64,000 nucleotides of DNA, taken from positions 124,001 through 188,000 of the forward strand of contig JADIIX010000003.1 in assembly GCA_027604505.1 (NCBI GenBank), written 5' to 3'. Of this stretch, positions 1-12,795 are shown piece by piece; positions within the stretch are counted from its first letter, which is position 1, and the number at the start of each line of letters is the position of its first letter. A program made the translations under genes and the position numbers. The stretch comes from Gonapodya sp. JEL0774 (Eukaryota). Under the pieces are notes generated by a model. It had not been told where the DNA came from. It saw only the letters and a program-made list of their open reading frames with translations, and ran no database searches.

Positions 1-990
1 CCGACAGCCCAGCTGGCAGGACGGGCTGATTGTGACAGAGCACTCGTGGACAACGTCCAAACTCTGCCCGTCGGAATTTCTCAACCATTTTGGCCAAACC
101 TCGTGAGGTAATGACATATCGAGCATGTATCAGTCCATAAAGATGCCGCGCTGATCGTTCAACCTCTGCCCGTGTATCGTCGTCCAGTTCTTCTTCAAGT
201 GCGTCGGTTATGAGGTCCAGTGCCAGCTGGTAGTGTGTGACCTCTGTGTTTAGTCCTGTCAAATTGAAGCGGTCGAGGATATACTCCTCGTCAATCTCAG
301 AGAAAAATTCGTTTCCTTTCAGAGACAAGAACCACTGCGGGAAACGGACGGCAAAGGAGACGTTAGCCACACCCTTCATCCGACCTCTGCAATCCCCACA
401 CTCCACTTCTTCTAGCGTTTCCTACAGCTATCCCGGTGATAGGGAGAATCAACCCAAACGTGCCAGTTATGCCATGCCTTACTAACCTCAATCCAATATT
501 TGGTGTAATCGTCTGATGCCGCATCCTCCATGCCCGCTGAAGATATCACGGATCCGATACCACCAGGCACAACTGAAGTCTCGTTACTCATCAGTGCACC
601 CAGTCCTGCCATGCTCTGTCCTCCTCCGGTGGGTTCCTCTTCAGACTCCTCAGAGGTCTCCCCCGTTCGCCCCGGCTGGTGCCCCATGGTAGCCAGTTTT
701 GAAACGTCTTCCGGGAGTGATTGACTGCGAGGCCTCTTTTCCGCCTTCTCCGTGTCTAGATCGCGAGAACGATCAACCACGCCAATGTCCAAGGAACCTT
801 CTTCGGAGGTTCGCTTCCGCTTCAGGCGGTTGGCAGCTTTCCGGATCACCGGCTGAATGCGCTGAGGCAGCGAAGAATCCGTTTTTGTATCGTCCAGGCT
901 CGCGATTAAGCGCGAAGACCGGACGTGATAGGACGAGGTGAGAGCAACGAGGGGTTGGATGCCCAGAGAACGGCCAGGAAGTGAACCCAA
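1..990 (-). CDS. CKB1: Casein kinase II regulatory (beta) subunit; 3' end runs off the window; start codon uncertain
   Basis: Removing intron 335-486 (GTTAGT...CAG) gives DDYTKYWIE|WFLSLKGNEFFSEIDEEYILDRFNLTGL...ARHLYGLIHARYVITSRGL...FGRCPRVLCHNQPVLPAG, typical of CK2 beta. Confidence 0.92.
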
Positions 991-1317
991 GGACCGCTGA
1001 AAAGGGAATCGATCGAATGTTTTCTTGGCGGACGCGGCAAAGTGTCTGGACGGACGTCTGTTACCGCGAATGTCCGGCGAGTAAACGGCACAATGGAACA
1101 GTCTGGAGCCTTGGAATCCTGAATGTGTGGGCGGGGCCTCGTGATTCGGAGCTCACTGGCGCTGCTTGATTCTGAATCACCCTCTCAAGTTCGTCGCTAC
1201 GGTGCGATTCACTGGTGACCGTCGTTGAACGTTTGGAATGACAAACCCTCTCCCCTCACAGGTTTGGGCTTTGGTCACCATATCAACAACCCACTGTATT
1301 TGTATGTTATTCTCCAT

Positions 1318-2865
1318 TTAAATTTTCGAGGCGGAAGCCTTCAACTCAGCTCCTCTTCGTCTATATTCCTCAATGTTAGAAGGCCAGAGAGGATCGGAGC
1401 TGACATCGGTGTGCTGCCACCAGGGGTAGTTAGATGGTAGGCCGTACTTTCCATTTGCTGGATCGTTCTTTACATTGAGACGGCCTGCAAATGCAGGAGG
1501 TCTCTTCTCTAAGAACGAAACGGCTCCTGTGCGTTGAAGAATAAAGTCAGTTGCATGCTCGTGCAGGCCACCAGAAGGTGAAGGTACGACGGACCTTCCA
1601 ATCGATCAGTGCCAGTGCTGGTGTGGTGAAGCATCTGGGAGTCAAGCAGATGCTGGCCTTCTGGAGTTTCGGCACCGTGCCAGACCAGTGCTTTGGTTAT
1701 CGCTGTTGACACAACAGAACATTCCACTGCGATTTCTTTCGCCAGTGCAAGTGCTGCAGGCAACACCTGTTCCGCCTTGTCGACAATCTCGGTAAAGAGG
1801 CCTTGAAACAGATGGTTTGATGCGGGAAGCACACGCCCAGTCATCATGAGAGCAAGGGAGCGTGACTTGCCGATGAGTTGTGGGAGGAAGTATGACGACG
1901 CCGCCTGCAAGTTTGCGTGAAAAGAATGGAAAGTTTGTGTTGCGCAACGCTGTCACACGTTGCTATGGTACGAATGGCGGCACTGAAGGCGAACTAACCT
2001 CAGGCAGGATACCTCGGCGAATAAACACAAACCTAACCATTTGAAAACAACGGTCACTCTGCAATCCTCACAAAAGAGAATCTGCTATCACTCACCCAAT
2101 CTTCGCATCATTGTGAGTGATGCGTATGTCCATCTACACAAAGAATCATGAGGACAAGCCGAAGTTGGGGCAACCTCTTTGTCGAGTGACCTACCGGGAG
2201 AGTCATGGTAATGCCCACACCAACGGCAGGACCATTGATTGCGGCAATAACCGTCTTTCGCACTTTTTGAATGCTTCTGGTGAGTGTCACGGACGAACTG
2301 TACAAACAACCCTACACACCTTTGGCGACACGGGTTGTGAGCTGCCCACCTCCATCCCGGAAGTCCTTCATGGAGTTTTCCTGACCACGGCGTGCAAAGG
2401 CATTTCCACCACCGGAAAGGTCTGCCTGGAAGTCATAATTCAGAATTGGGTTGTGAGTTCGGAAAGTCGGATTCCACAGAACGTGGTATCCATCAAAACG
2501 AAGGAGAAACATACGCCGGCACAAAAAGCGCGTCCTGATCCGGTGATGACAATGACCTGGTGGTGGGGATTTCGAGCGATGAGATGGAGAACCAACGCCA
2601 ATTGAATCCGTGGATCGATGAGATAAACATATGCTCGCCTTCACGTCGTCATTATTATCCAATTCGTCGAATGCGATCATCAACTCATAGTTCATCTGGC
2701 CATTGAAAGAGTTCAATCTGCCATTGATGGACCAAAAAATTGGACGTTGGAGACACCGGAACGATTTATACCGATCACCACTCACGCCTGAGGGCGATTC
2801 AGAGTAATGAGAGCGACTCCGTCTTTATGGATCTCAACCAACAGGGTGGCGAAGGTGGTGGGCAT
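1318..2865 (-). CDS. Enoyl-CoA hydratase/isomerase (crotonase family), multi-exon, C-terminal PTS1-like SKI
   Basis: Spliced product MPTTFATLLVEIHKDGVALITLNRP...VIVITGSGRAFCAGADLS...IAAINGPAVGVGITMTLP...GFVFIRRGILPEAASSYFLPQLIG...FLEKRPPAF...ASKI*. Confidence 0.9.
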
Positions 2866-2988
2866 TTGTGTTGTATGGTCGAATTTGGTCGGAAGGATGG
2901 CTGCCGAATTTCCGCTGTTTCTCGTGAACTCTTTGGTACATTATTCATACAAAAATCCTGCAAAACTATGAAAAGTAATGTAGACTAA

Positions 2989-4211
2989 TCAGCCATAACT
3001 AGCCCAGTAATCATCTTCGTCTCTTGCGTCTGCGTTGTCACCTGTCTGGTCCTGCCATCCCACATCAGACGACCGCCACAAGTCCTCTGTGGAAACATCG
3101 GGAGCAAGACCCGTTGAAACGTCATTAGCGCCTTCACCAGTAAGCCCCGAGGGGTATCCATAGGCTATATTGTGTCCAGCTGCACTCGTAGCGTTGGGTG
3201 TACCGGGGTTGGGCGTCGCCCCCTTTGTGCCAACGGTATCATACGCGCGCCAGTACGCATCTTCATCGCCAGAACCCTTGTCAAGCGAGAGGAGGGAGTG
3301 GCTAACTTTTGGCGAGGTTCGAACTGCGACAGGATGGTGCAAATCCAGCACTTCAGCCCCCTGTTCTGTGTCCGGCACGACAGGAGTCACCACATGAGAG
3401 CCACCGAGTCCACCATTGGCGATTCCTGAGTCCTCGGTGCTGTCGGTGCCCCCATTGATTTCCGTCACCTCGTCTCTCTGCTTGTTTGCGTAGAATTCCG
3501 CCTCCAGCTCTGACAAGGCCCAAAACGCTTCTCCATCAGCACCAGTTGAGAGCAGATTGTCCCATTCTTCACTGCTCAGAATAACATGATCGTGATAGAC
3601 CCATTTGCTCGGGCCTTCCTTTTTCGCAAGAATGATCCCTACGAGAAAGTCCTTGTCTCCCGCACGACCAGTTACGATCAATCTGCCGTAAGCGACAGCT
3701 GCTAGGAAAGTGTCCGCATCGATTCGTCGGTAAAAGATGTTGGGATTCCTGGATCCCTCTTGCATGTAAGGGGAGAGCGCCAACGGCGACTCGGAAGTTT
3801 CGGATTTGAGGAATTCCTGAGGTTCAAAAGCACCCAGCAGTTGTTCCTTTATTGTAGATTCCTCCGTTTCAAACGGAGCGGGTTTATCGACAGTACCAAG
3901 TCCGTATAATCCCCGTCCCCACCCCTTTTTCCAACCACCGGTGGAGTTTGAACCCCGCGCATGAGTAGGACGACACATCTGAGATTCAACACGCTTCGAC
4001 CTACCTTCTCTAGGTACTCTTCTCCAAGCCATATGCATCTTTCACGTGTCGAACTGGAAGCAATCGAAAGGAGGGCGTAGAATGCCCGTTCGCGCAGCAG
4101 CGGGACAGCAAGAAGAGTAATACTAACCGGACTCTGGAAAGGAGTGGGTGCGGGTGCACTGTGGAGCTTAGTTGGCATTGGGTTGTCTTTCTCGCCGAAA
4201 GATTCGGGCAA
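2989..4211 (-). CDS. Hypothetical protein with acidic C-terminus; 5' exon structure uncertain
   Basis: 349-codon ORF 2989-4038 with a globular-looking core (FYRRIDADTFLAAVAYG...WVYHDHVIL) and an overlapping upstream ORF 3849-4211; no family recognised. Confidence 0.6.
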
Positions 4212-4595
4212 ACTGTTGTGCCGGTATTTCGAGTCATGATGTCATGCTCCACCGACATGCTCGTCCATGTGCATCACAAGGTGAATTAGAGCACGCTCTG
4301 GGTACCTACAACAAGGCAAAACGAAATGAGCCTCGGTGAAAAAAATACTTATCGAGCACATGAGTATGATTTGATCATGTAACCTGCTGGATAGCCGTCC
4401 TTTCCAAACTTCTTCAAAATAAATATTTGACTATGCGATTGCTCCTGAGATCTGGTCTTCTTTGTTTGAAAAATGACGGACAGTTATTGGAGGGTCTTCA
4501 TGGAGACACGGTCGGGAGAGGCTTTATGTGGTCATGTGGGGGAGGATCTCTGCCTTTCGCAAGTGCGACCCCTTCAACTAACTCCACTGCAAACA

Positions 4596-4601
4596 TATAA
4601 G
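4596..4601 (+). promoter_or_regulatory. Possible TATA element
   Basis: TATAAG about 35 nt upstream of the ATG at 4635. Confidence 0.3.
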
Positions 4602-4634
4602 TCTTTCTCCGCGAACGCGCTTTCAAATTCTATA

Positions 4635-6342
4635 ATGGCGCGGTTTGCGCTCTGTGTGATTCTCGCCCTTCTGGGCCTCACTGCCGCGAACGCGAACCCA
4701 ATCCGTGTCGGACTCGTGCTCCAAGGCGAAACCATCAATGCCAAGCCCCTCGTGGAACCCCCCGCTCACCCGCCCACTCCGCATCCGCATCCTCCTTACC
4801 AGCCCCACAAGCCAAACGTCACTGCTGAATGCGAGGCCGCCCTCCACGACTCTGCCAAGCTTTCGGCCTTGCGTGCCGCATGTCATCCAGCTCCTCCAAA
4901 TGCGACCGAGACTTACCAGATGCCAGAGGGATTGGCTGTACTTGCTGAAGTCTTGGATTACGTTGAAAGCAGGCGCATGCACCAAGGTAACTTCAAGGGT
5001 GGAAAACACCGCGGAGACCGTGCCAAGAGGCACCTGAAGCAGGGAGAGAACCACCACGAACACGTCCGGCAATCGAGCCCAGAAGGAGGTCCTCCGAATC
5101 GACCGAGTGGTCCTCACGCGAACTGCCCGTTCAAACGGTGAGCGCAGTTTCGCTCGCATTTACAAAGTGGGAGCTGCGGTGCTGACATCTCTAACTAACC
5201 CTTGAAAGTATCAAAGAGGGTCTCGACACTTTTTGCTCGGATTCTTGTGGTGCCGCCCTCGCTGACTATTTCACAGCTGCCGATCTCGCCTGTGGCGACG
5301 AAGTGAGTTCAATCGTGATAATCTTGTTCGTGCGACCCGATCCCACAGAGGCCAATCCGATTCACTCCCAATGCATAGGTGATCATCCCCGCTCGACCTT
5401 CTTGCGGTAGACCCCCCGCCCTGGACAAGCCTCTCCCACCTCCCAAGGAAGACGACGACGACGACGACGACGAGGAGGATGAAGACGAGGATTTCGACTG
5501 GGAGGAAATTTACGAAGCTGCGGGCAATTTCATGGAGAGGGTTGAATCAGTCTGGAACTCTTTCTTCAACAAGGTGAAGGGTATTTTCCCTCGCCACAAG
5601 GAGGGGAAGGCATCGCACGGCAAGTTTGCGTACCCGGGTCCCCACGGCCCTCCCCGAGGTCCCGCCGACGGTCCCCCCCACGGTCCCCCCCACGGTCCCC
5701 CTCACGGTCCTCCCCACGGTCCTCCCCACGGTCCTCCCCACGGTCCGCCTCATGGTCCTCCCCACGGTCCCCCACATGGCCCTCCCCCAAGGCCTGGTCC
5801 ACACGCTTTCTTGCTGCCAATTATTCGTCTAGCCAATCGGAACCAGTCCCTGACCGTTTCGGACATCCAAGGACTCGTGGGTCTTACCAGGTCCGCGAAA
5901 TGTGTCAAGGCCGGCGAGCCCGAGCACTACTGCCCGATCAGCGCCCACATTGTTCTCAGTGTGCCACCCCACTTTGGTCCTCCACACGGCGGCCCCCCGC
6001 ACCATGGTCCCCCGCACCGTGGTTTCGAAGGAAAACCCCCTCGTGGACCGCACCCTCCCTTCGGCAAACCACCGGGACGCGGCTTCGCACCTCCCAGGGA
6101 GGGTGATGACGAGGAAGAAATGACTTTCCCTTTCCATCCCAAGGATGCTTGCGCATGGTAAGTGCTTCAACTGATCACACCTGGTCCTCGTCTGTCTGTT
6201 ACTGACTTTCTGGTTCCATATCAGCTTTACCGGTGAAGCCGAATCTCTCGAATCGTCTGCGGCTGCATTGAGGCCAGGTCTCCTCAAGCCCTTCATTGTT
6301 CCAAGAGCTGAGCGCATCAAGGCCAGAGTTTGCTCTGCGTAG
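4635..6342 (+). CDS. Secreted His/Gly/Pro-rich protein with acidic tract and cysteines (4 predicted exons)
   Basis: Signal peptide MARFALCVILALLGLTAANA; GT-AG introns near 5138-5208, 5304-5378 and 6158-6223; poly-D/E tract; (HGPP)9; ends RVCSA*. Confidence 0.8.
5679..5786 (+). repeat. Coding minisatellite, 9 x 12 bp, encoding HGPP
   Basis: Nine CAY-GGY-CCN-CCN units that differ only at synonymous positions. Confidence 0.95.
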
Positions 6343-6349
6343 AGAGAGT

Positions 6350-6417
6350 CATTGGAGCGGTAAAGCGAGGAGTGGGAGAGAGAAACATTGGAGCGGTAAA
6401 GCGAGAAGTGGGAGAGA
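6350..6417. repeat. Direct duplication (32 bp unit, period 36) just after the stop codon
   Basis: CATTGGAGCGGTAAAGCGAGRAGTGGGAGAGA twice with one mismatch. Confidence 0.9.
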
Positions 6418-6631
6418 TCGAAGAGGTTGGGAGGCTATAGTGTTTTGAAATCTTTTCTTAAAAGCTGCAAATGAACTTTCGAAATGTGAATTGTTACCTT
6501 TTAAAACTCGTTGCACATCCAGCTTGGTTGCCATGTTCCTCAGTCTAGAATAGCTATTGTCATGGCCATCCAGTGCTGCTTCGGGACTCTGCTGTGCGAC
6601 TTTCCACCATTCGTCGATTTGAGCTCAGAAA

Positions 6632-7342
6632 ATGACAGAACCAAGCGATCCCGATCCCGCTGTCGCTGCTCTTCACGTCCCTCCATTTAATCCAAGCGAT
6701 TTGGATTTCTCCGTTCCCTTTACCCGTGTATGGGCTCGCATGAAGTCTTTGGCAGAATCCAAAGGTCTCGCATTTGAACCCAGCGCGATGGACGCTATGG
6801 TATCGACCGATCCGACACAAGTTCAAGGTGATGAAGGGAATTTGACCGACACGGTGGGTTTCTGGTGCGCTGCCCTCTTGCATTCGGACTCGTCCATGTT
6901 TGGGACACCTTCTGGACCTCAGTGCCAGAGCCCCAGAGTGACGTTCACCAGTTTCTCATAATGAACAAACTCTTTCGTGTTAGATTCTCTCGCTGAAGCA
7001 GCGTCTTGCTGGTGCTAAGGCAATCGTGTCGAACGTGCCAGGAATCGGTCTGTCGGAGCGAGAACAGGCGGACATGTTAGCCGATTTTGTTGAGATATTG
7101 GAGGAAAAGAGGTTCGCTACATTGTGTAATGGGAGCTTTTCTGAGTTCGCGGAAGGCATTAGGGCGAGGGGCATGTCGGATCCACTCAAACATATTCCCC
7201 CCATCTCAGGGCGCAACTCAAATCTTATCTGGCGTTACCAATATTTGAAAAGCTTGGACTCGATGTCGAACAGTTCAAGGTGCCGGAGGAGGATGCGATG
7301 GATTCCACAGGTCTTAACGACGAACCTCCATTATCTCAATGA
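6632..7342 (+). CDS. Probable Mediator subunit Med9-like small helical protein (3 exons)
   Basis: Spliced C-terminal half ILSLKQRLAGAKAIVSNVPGIGLSEREQADMLADFVEILEEKRAQLKSY resembles the Med9 pattern (..ARxxxxxLPGIxxSxxEQ..); GT-AG introns near 6854-6983 and 7112-7208. Confidence 0.5.
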
Positions 7343-7592
7343 TTCCGTATACCACATCTCCAGTAACGGAGAAATTCTGGCGTGCTCGTCGCTGTCTTTC
7401 AGAAGAGCCTGTACAGTTTGGAGTTTAATGGTACGCACCCCTCAGACGGCTTACATATTATTCTATTGATTAGCACAGATAACCCAATTCCTAAGAGCAC
7501 GAAGATACCCAAAACGCGGATCCCTTAAATCAAATAAGATAATGTATGATTTGGTAATGCACAGATATCCAGTAAATGACTGACTCCGCCCA

Positions 7593-8596
<1,004 letters not shown>

Positions 8597-8760
8597 TCAC
8601 GGTGACGATTGGACGAATCAGAACGTTAAGTGAGAGAGCGGCTGTTGTGAAGGGGTGCGATTGGTGCGAGGATAGTTCAAAACTGACCCCTTCACTTCCA
8701 AAAGCTTCGACTTTCGGGCGCCCTCATGGAGACGGACGCAATTTCACAGGAACATAGATA

Positions 8761-10494
8761 ATGTGCTCAAGTGATCCCAAGGCCTCATTACTGGAGGACC
8801 GGTTCGCTGACAGAGCTCGAGACATCAAAGTTTTGGACCGCACAATGCGAAACCCCGTATGGAGATTCCTTTCAGCTGGAATTCTAGTCTTCAACTTTTG
8901 CTTGCTACTAGGATGGTGGATATCTCATCGTGGTGTGGACTCTACCCAGCTCTCGCTTGACTTCGAGGAAGGGTTTGACCTGGATAACCACAGGGTAAAC
9001 TGGACGCTGGGTTTGAATAGCGAGAGCAACCCTCTTCAATATGATTATTCGGAAAAGAGGAAGGACAGATTTTTCATCTATCTTCCTCATAGCGGTGAGC
9101 CTGGACTGCCCGCCGTTGATACCAAAAAAATACACTTACAGTGTCACATCATTTTTACAGGTATCTCAAATCAGCGTATCGCCCTTCACAACGCCATAAT
9201 TGCCTCCTCAATTCTGAATGCGACCCTGGTCATACCACCCGCGATACTGGGCTTTCACGTCCGATTCTTTGACTCTGACCGTTTGAGACAAACCCTCTCA
9301 TTGGCCTATCAAACGTTCCTTGCCCGAGTCCCTTGTTCCAAAAATAGGAAATACTGGGGAACGTGTATCAATGAAGATAGAAGATTAAATCGAATGTTCT
9401 TAGATTGGTCTGAACTGGTGGATCTCCGGGCACTTACAGATAGATTTGGCGCCCGCTGTATTACGTGGGAAGACTTTCAGACACAAACTGGGGTAGATGT
9501 TCTGCAAAGCAGCCAATGGCAGGAGCCTGTCTCCCCCGAAGCATTCGCAGCAGTGTCAGCAAAACTTAAAGTCATGTACTTTAAGGATCGGACACTCTAT
9601 GGTCCTCGCTATACCGAGTCTCTGCTTGACGTGTGGAATAGGTCGGTGGAGTTGGACTCGTTTGAAGGTCCCCTGGTGAACTTTGCGGTCTTGCGGGAAG
9701 ATCTCGATGCCGCGTTTCCTTACAGAGAGACCACTGGAAATCATGCAGTGCACGTAGGGAGCATGTTTGGTTCCAGTCGTGTGGTGATAAGCTCTCCAGC
9801 TTCGTTGCGCTTGCAGCACACGCTCTCCACCACGCTGCTTCCGTTTGCCAATTCCCGATTAATGGAGGTTGCAGAGTCTGTAGTTTCAGTCTTGGGCGGA
9901 AAAGGTACCTACGTTGGCGCCCACATTAGGTTGAGTGAGGTGCTGTTCGAAGATAGAGCTGCCGACACCGTGGATGAAACGGTACAATTAATCCAGATGT
10001 GGGCACGGAGGCAATCAGGATCAACCGAGGAACCCGGGGACCTAGAGCTAGAGCGACAAATTCACTGGCCGCACGACAGATTCGGACCACTCGTATCTAG
10101 GACGAGCTATAGAAGTGAAGTAGTTCAGTCGCAAGCGTCTTCGGATCCCGCCCTTCTTCAACTTCTTCAGAGCTGCCTCGCGCCTGTGGCTGCTCACGCC
10201 CTATACGACAACCCAGTTGTGTTTATTGCGACGGATCAAGGAACACCACGCTCTTCGTCATTGCTTGCTCCCTTGCTGCAAGCGTTCCCTTGCACCTTCT
10301 TCCTGAGCGACTTTCCCGAGCTCCTTCGTCCCCTGGAGGAATCTGATTCACCTTTTGGAAAAGAGTCGGGACGCCTCTTCATTCCGCTCATTGACCAGGC
10401 TGTGACCAGCTTTGGTGGAGCATTCGTTGGTACGAGACGAAGCACGTTTTCAATTTTGTGTGCAGGAATGTGGGATTCAAACAATGTCACTTGA
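8761..10494 (+). CDS. O-fucosyltransferase-like (CigA-like) type II membrane glycosyltransferase
   Basis: N-terminal TM helix; YLPHSG|ISNQRIALHNA..LNATLVIPP after removing in-frame intron 9095-9160; YVGAHIR, VFIATD and FVGTRRSTFS motifs. Confidence 0.75.
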   Translation: MCSSDPKASLLEDRFADRARDIKVLDRTMRNPVWRFLSAGILVFNFCLLLGWWISHRGVDSTQLSLDFEEGFDLDNHRVNWTLGLNSESNPLQYDYSEKRKDRFFIYLPHSGEPGLPAVDTKKIHLQCHIIFTGISNQRIALHNAIIASSILNATLVIPPAILGFHVRFFDSDRLRQTLSLAYQTFLARVPCSKNRKYWGTCINEDRRLNRMFLDWSELVDLRALTDRFGARCITWEDFQTQTGVDVLQSSQWQEPVSPEAFAAVSAKLKVMYFKDRTLYGPRYTESLLDVWNRSVELDSFEGPLVNFAVLREDLDAAFPYRETTGNHAVHVGSMFGSSRVVISSPASLRLQHTLSTTLLPFANSRLMEVAESVVSVLGGKGTYVGAHIRLSEVLFEDRAADTVDETVQLIQMWARRQSGSTEEPGDLELERQIHWPHDRFGPLVSRTSYRSEVVQSQASSDPALLQLLQSCLAPVAAHALYDNPVVFIATDQGTPRSSSLLAPLLQAFPCTFFLSDFPELLRPLEESDSPFGKESGRLFIPLIDQAVTSFGGAFVGTRRSTFSILCAGMWDSNNVT

Positions 10495-10737
10495 ACTCAT
10501 CGTCTGTAGATCAAGAAGATGACGAGTGGGATAAATTGTGCGCCCTGGCCGCCGTCATGTATTTATGTCCATGAAGTAGTTCGATTGATATCATAATATG
10601 AAATGTCATTGTTTGTCGTCATTCTTGTTCGATTCTTTGGAGTGCGGCTGCTTCCATTCGGTTTCCAAGAATTTCTCTGCAAATGTAAACCAGAAAATGA
10701 ACAACTACCAGAACAGCAACGACATTGATGTTAAGTA

Positions 10738-12502
10738 TCACCACCACCCACCCAATATTACATCCGCAGCCCTCCCCGCCGCCACTTCGCCACTCCTCAC
10801 TTTCCACTCCAATGTTCCTACCATACCTTCCACTATGCTGCTCCGTTTGAGCCGTCCAAGCAGTTCATCCCCAATCTGCCTCCACATCGCCCTCACATAT
10901 TGCCGTCCACGCTTACGAGAAAGCTCCCCGGACTCAGTCATAGCGCGGTGGAACTCAAGCATGGTACTCCAGCACGCGTCGAGACCTGCACGGGTGACGG
11001 AAGAAACACGGGTGGCTCGCGGACGCCAGTGGGACGATAGAGGGGGCAGATACATTAAAGCAGATCGGTAATCGGTCTGAAGAGAGGGCAGTCGAGTACA
11101 CATCATTGGTTAGAATGATTCCATGCGAAAAAGAATACTTGCACTCCCTTCTTTCGCACGCACCTGTGTCCTAATCGCCTGTGCCTCTAATTCTCCATCC
11201 GCTTTATTCACAATAACCAAATCTACCAGTTCCATTATACCCCGCTTAATTCCCTGGAGCTCGTCACCACCAGCTGGCGGTACCAGCAAAACGTACATGT
11301 CAACCATGTCCGCCAAAATAACTTCCGACTGACCGACACCAACTGATTCGACAAAGATTGTGTCGAACCCGGCGGCTGGAGGGAGGGGTGAGGGAAGGGA
11401 CCGAAGTAGAGTAGTTTACACAACGGTCGAAATCGAATCATGGTCTGCAGTGCTAAGTAGCAACGTCGACCCTAACCAAAGCCAACTATAGTACCCAGCT
11501 AATCAATTCATAACTTCGCTGATGCGCGATCGACCGGGAAAGTCTCCAGTGCCTTGTCTCACATCGCACATGAACTCACCTTCACAGACTACCATGGCTT
11601 CCTGAGTGTTTCTTGCCACACCCCCCAGCGTCCCGCCACTAGGAGTTGGTCTCACATAGGCTCCATCTTCTCTGCTGAGGATGTCCATCCTCGTCTTATC
11701 ACCCAATATACTTCCGCCCGTCCTGGAACTGGACGGGTCGATGGCAAGCACCGCCAGCCGCCTATTTTGCGATTTCACGAGCCACGTGCCAAATGCCTCG
11801 ATGAATGTGGACTTGCCCACGCCAGGTGGACCGGTAAAGCCGATTCGGAATGATGTGCGACGGGAGGCGGAACGATTTGGGCGGTTGAGCCGGACGAGAA
11901 GGAGAGAGAGGAGGTGGTGGGCTTGGGCACGGTCTGATGGGAGTGTGGATTCGACTGGATGGTAGCGTGCGGGGAAACACAAAATATATCTGAGGTCTTT
12001 AATTAAATATTCACTTTCCGTCGGCACAATTCCACGAATCTGGCGAGCAGAATTACCCAATAAATGTATGCGTCATCTCATAGGACTCACCAAGAGTAAT
12101 AGCCTTAGATACGGCTCTCCTATTTCCTCTAATGACACCTTCGTACAACTGGCGGGTCTCATCCGAGATTGGTACCCCATCCACAACAAGAAGGTCCTTG
12201 ACTTCCTGAGATTCGTCCCCGCCGACAGTCCACTGCTGGTTAAAGCAACGAGGCGAGGTGGATAAACCCTTCCTCAAGGTAATGTGAGTGGCACGGGTTG
12301 CGATTCGAGCTCTTCTCGAGGGATCGGAATGGGACATCACTGCCGACGACACCTGGCGACCCTGCCTGAGAGCGGTTGACGGTACAGACACCGCATAGTT
12401 TCCGAGCAGGGATGAAAACCGTAAAATGGATGGCAGGCAATATGTTGCCCGAGGGGTGATTCCTGCGGAGACAACGACCGGAACACCCGATCCCATGAGC
12501 AT
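10738..12502 (-). CDS. MMAA: MMAA/MeaB (ArgK-family) GTPase, chaperone of cobalamin-dependent methylmalonyl-CoA mutase; mitochondrial presequence-like N-terminus
   Basis: [97 protein letters not shown]. Confidence 0.96.
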
Positions 12503-12795
12503 CCTGGCGATTCCCGTCGCAACACTCGCTAATGACAATTTCCCTAGAGTAGAAGTGCTCGCGTGGCTCGATTCAATTCCGTTCAGGGAATTATGGTTTG
12601 GATCTTTTCAGAAATGAATCCTCGATGTGTTTGCGGAGATTCAGCTTCATGATGACGAATTATCGTCCCCAGCGTGTGCGTCATGGTTCACATCAGCATT
12701 GGCAAATATTTAATTCGTATTCACAGGAATTACTAGTATCAATTGCCACTTTCGTGAAATTCCCATTTTGACGTACCCTCCCACGATGCGTAAAT

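Noticed and set aside
5679..5786. CRISPR-like array
   Set aside because: Contiguous coding tandem repeat without spacers, in a eukaryotic gene.
5547..5832. Repetitive ORFs on other frames and strands (GRTV, DRGE, PTVL)
   Set aside because: These are shadows of the HGPP coding repeat.
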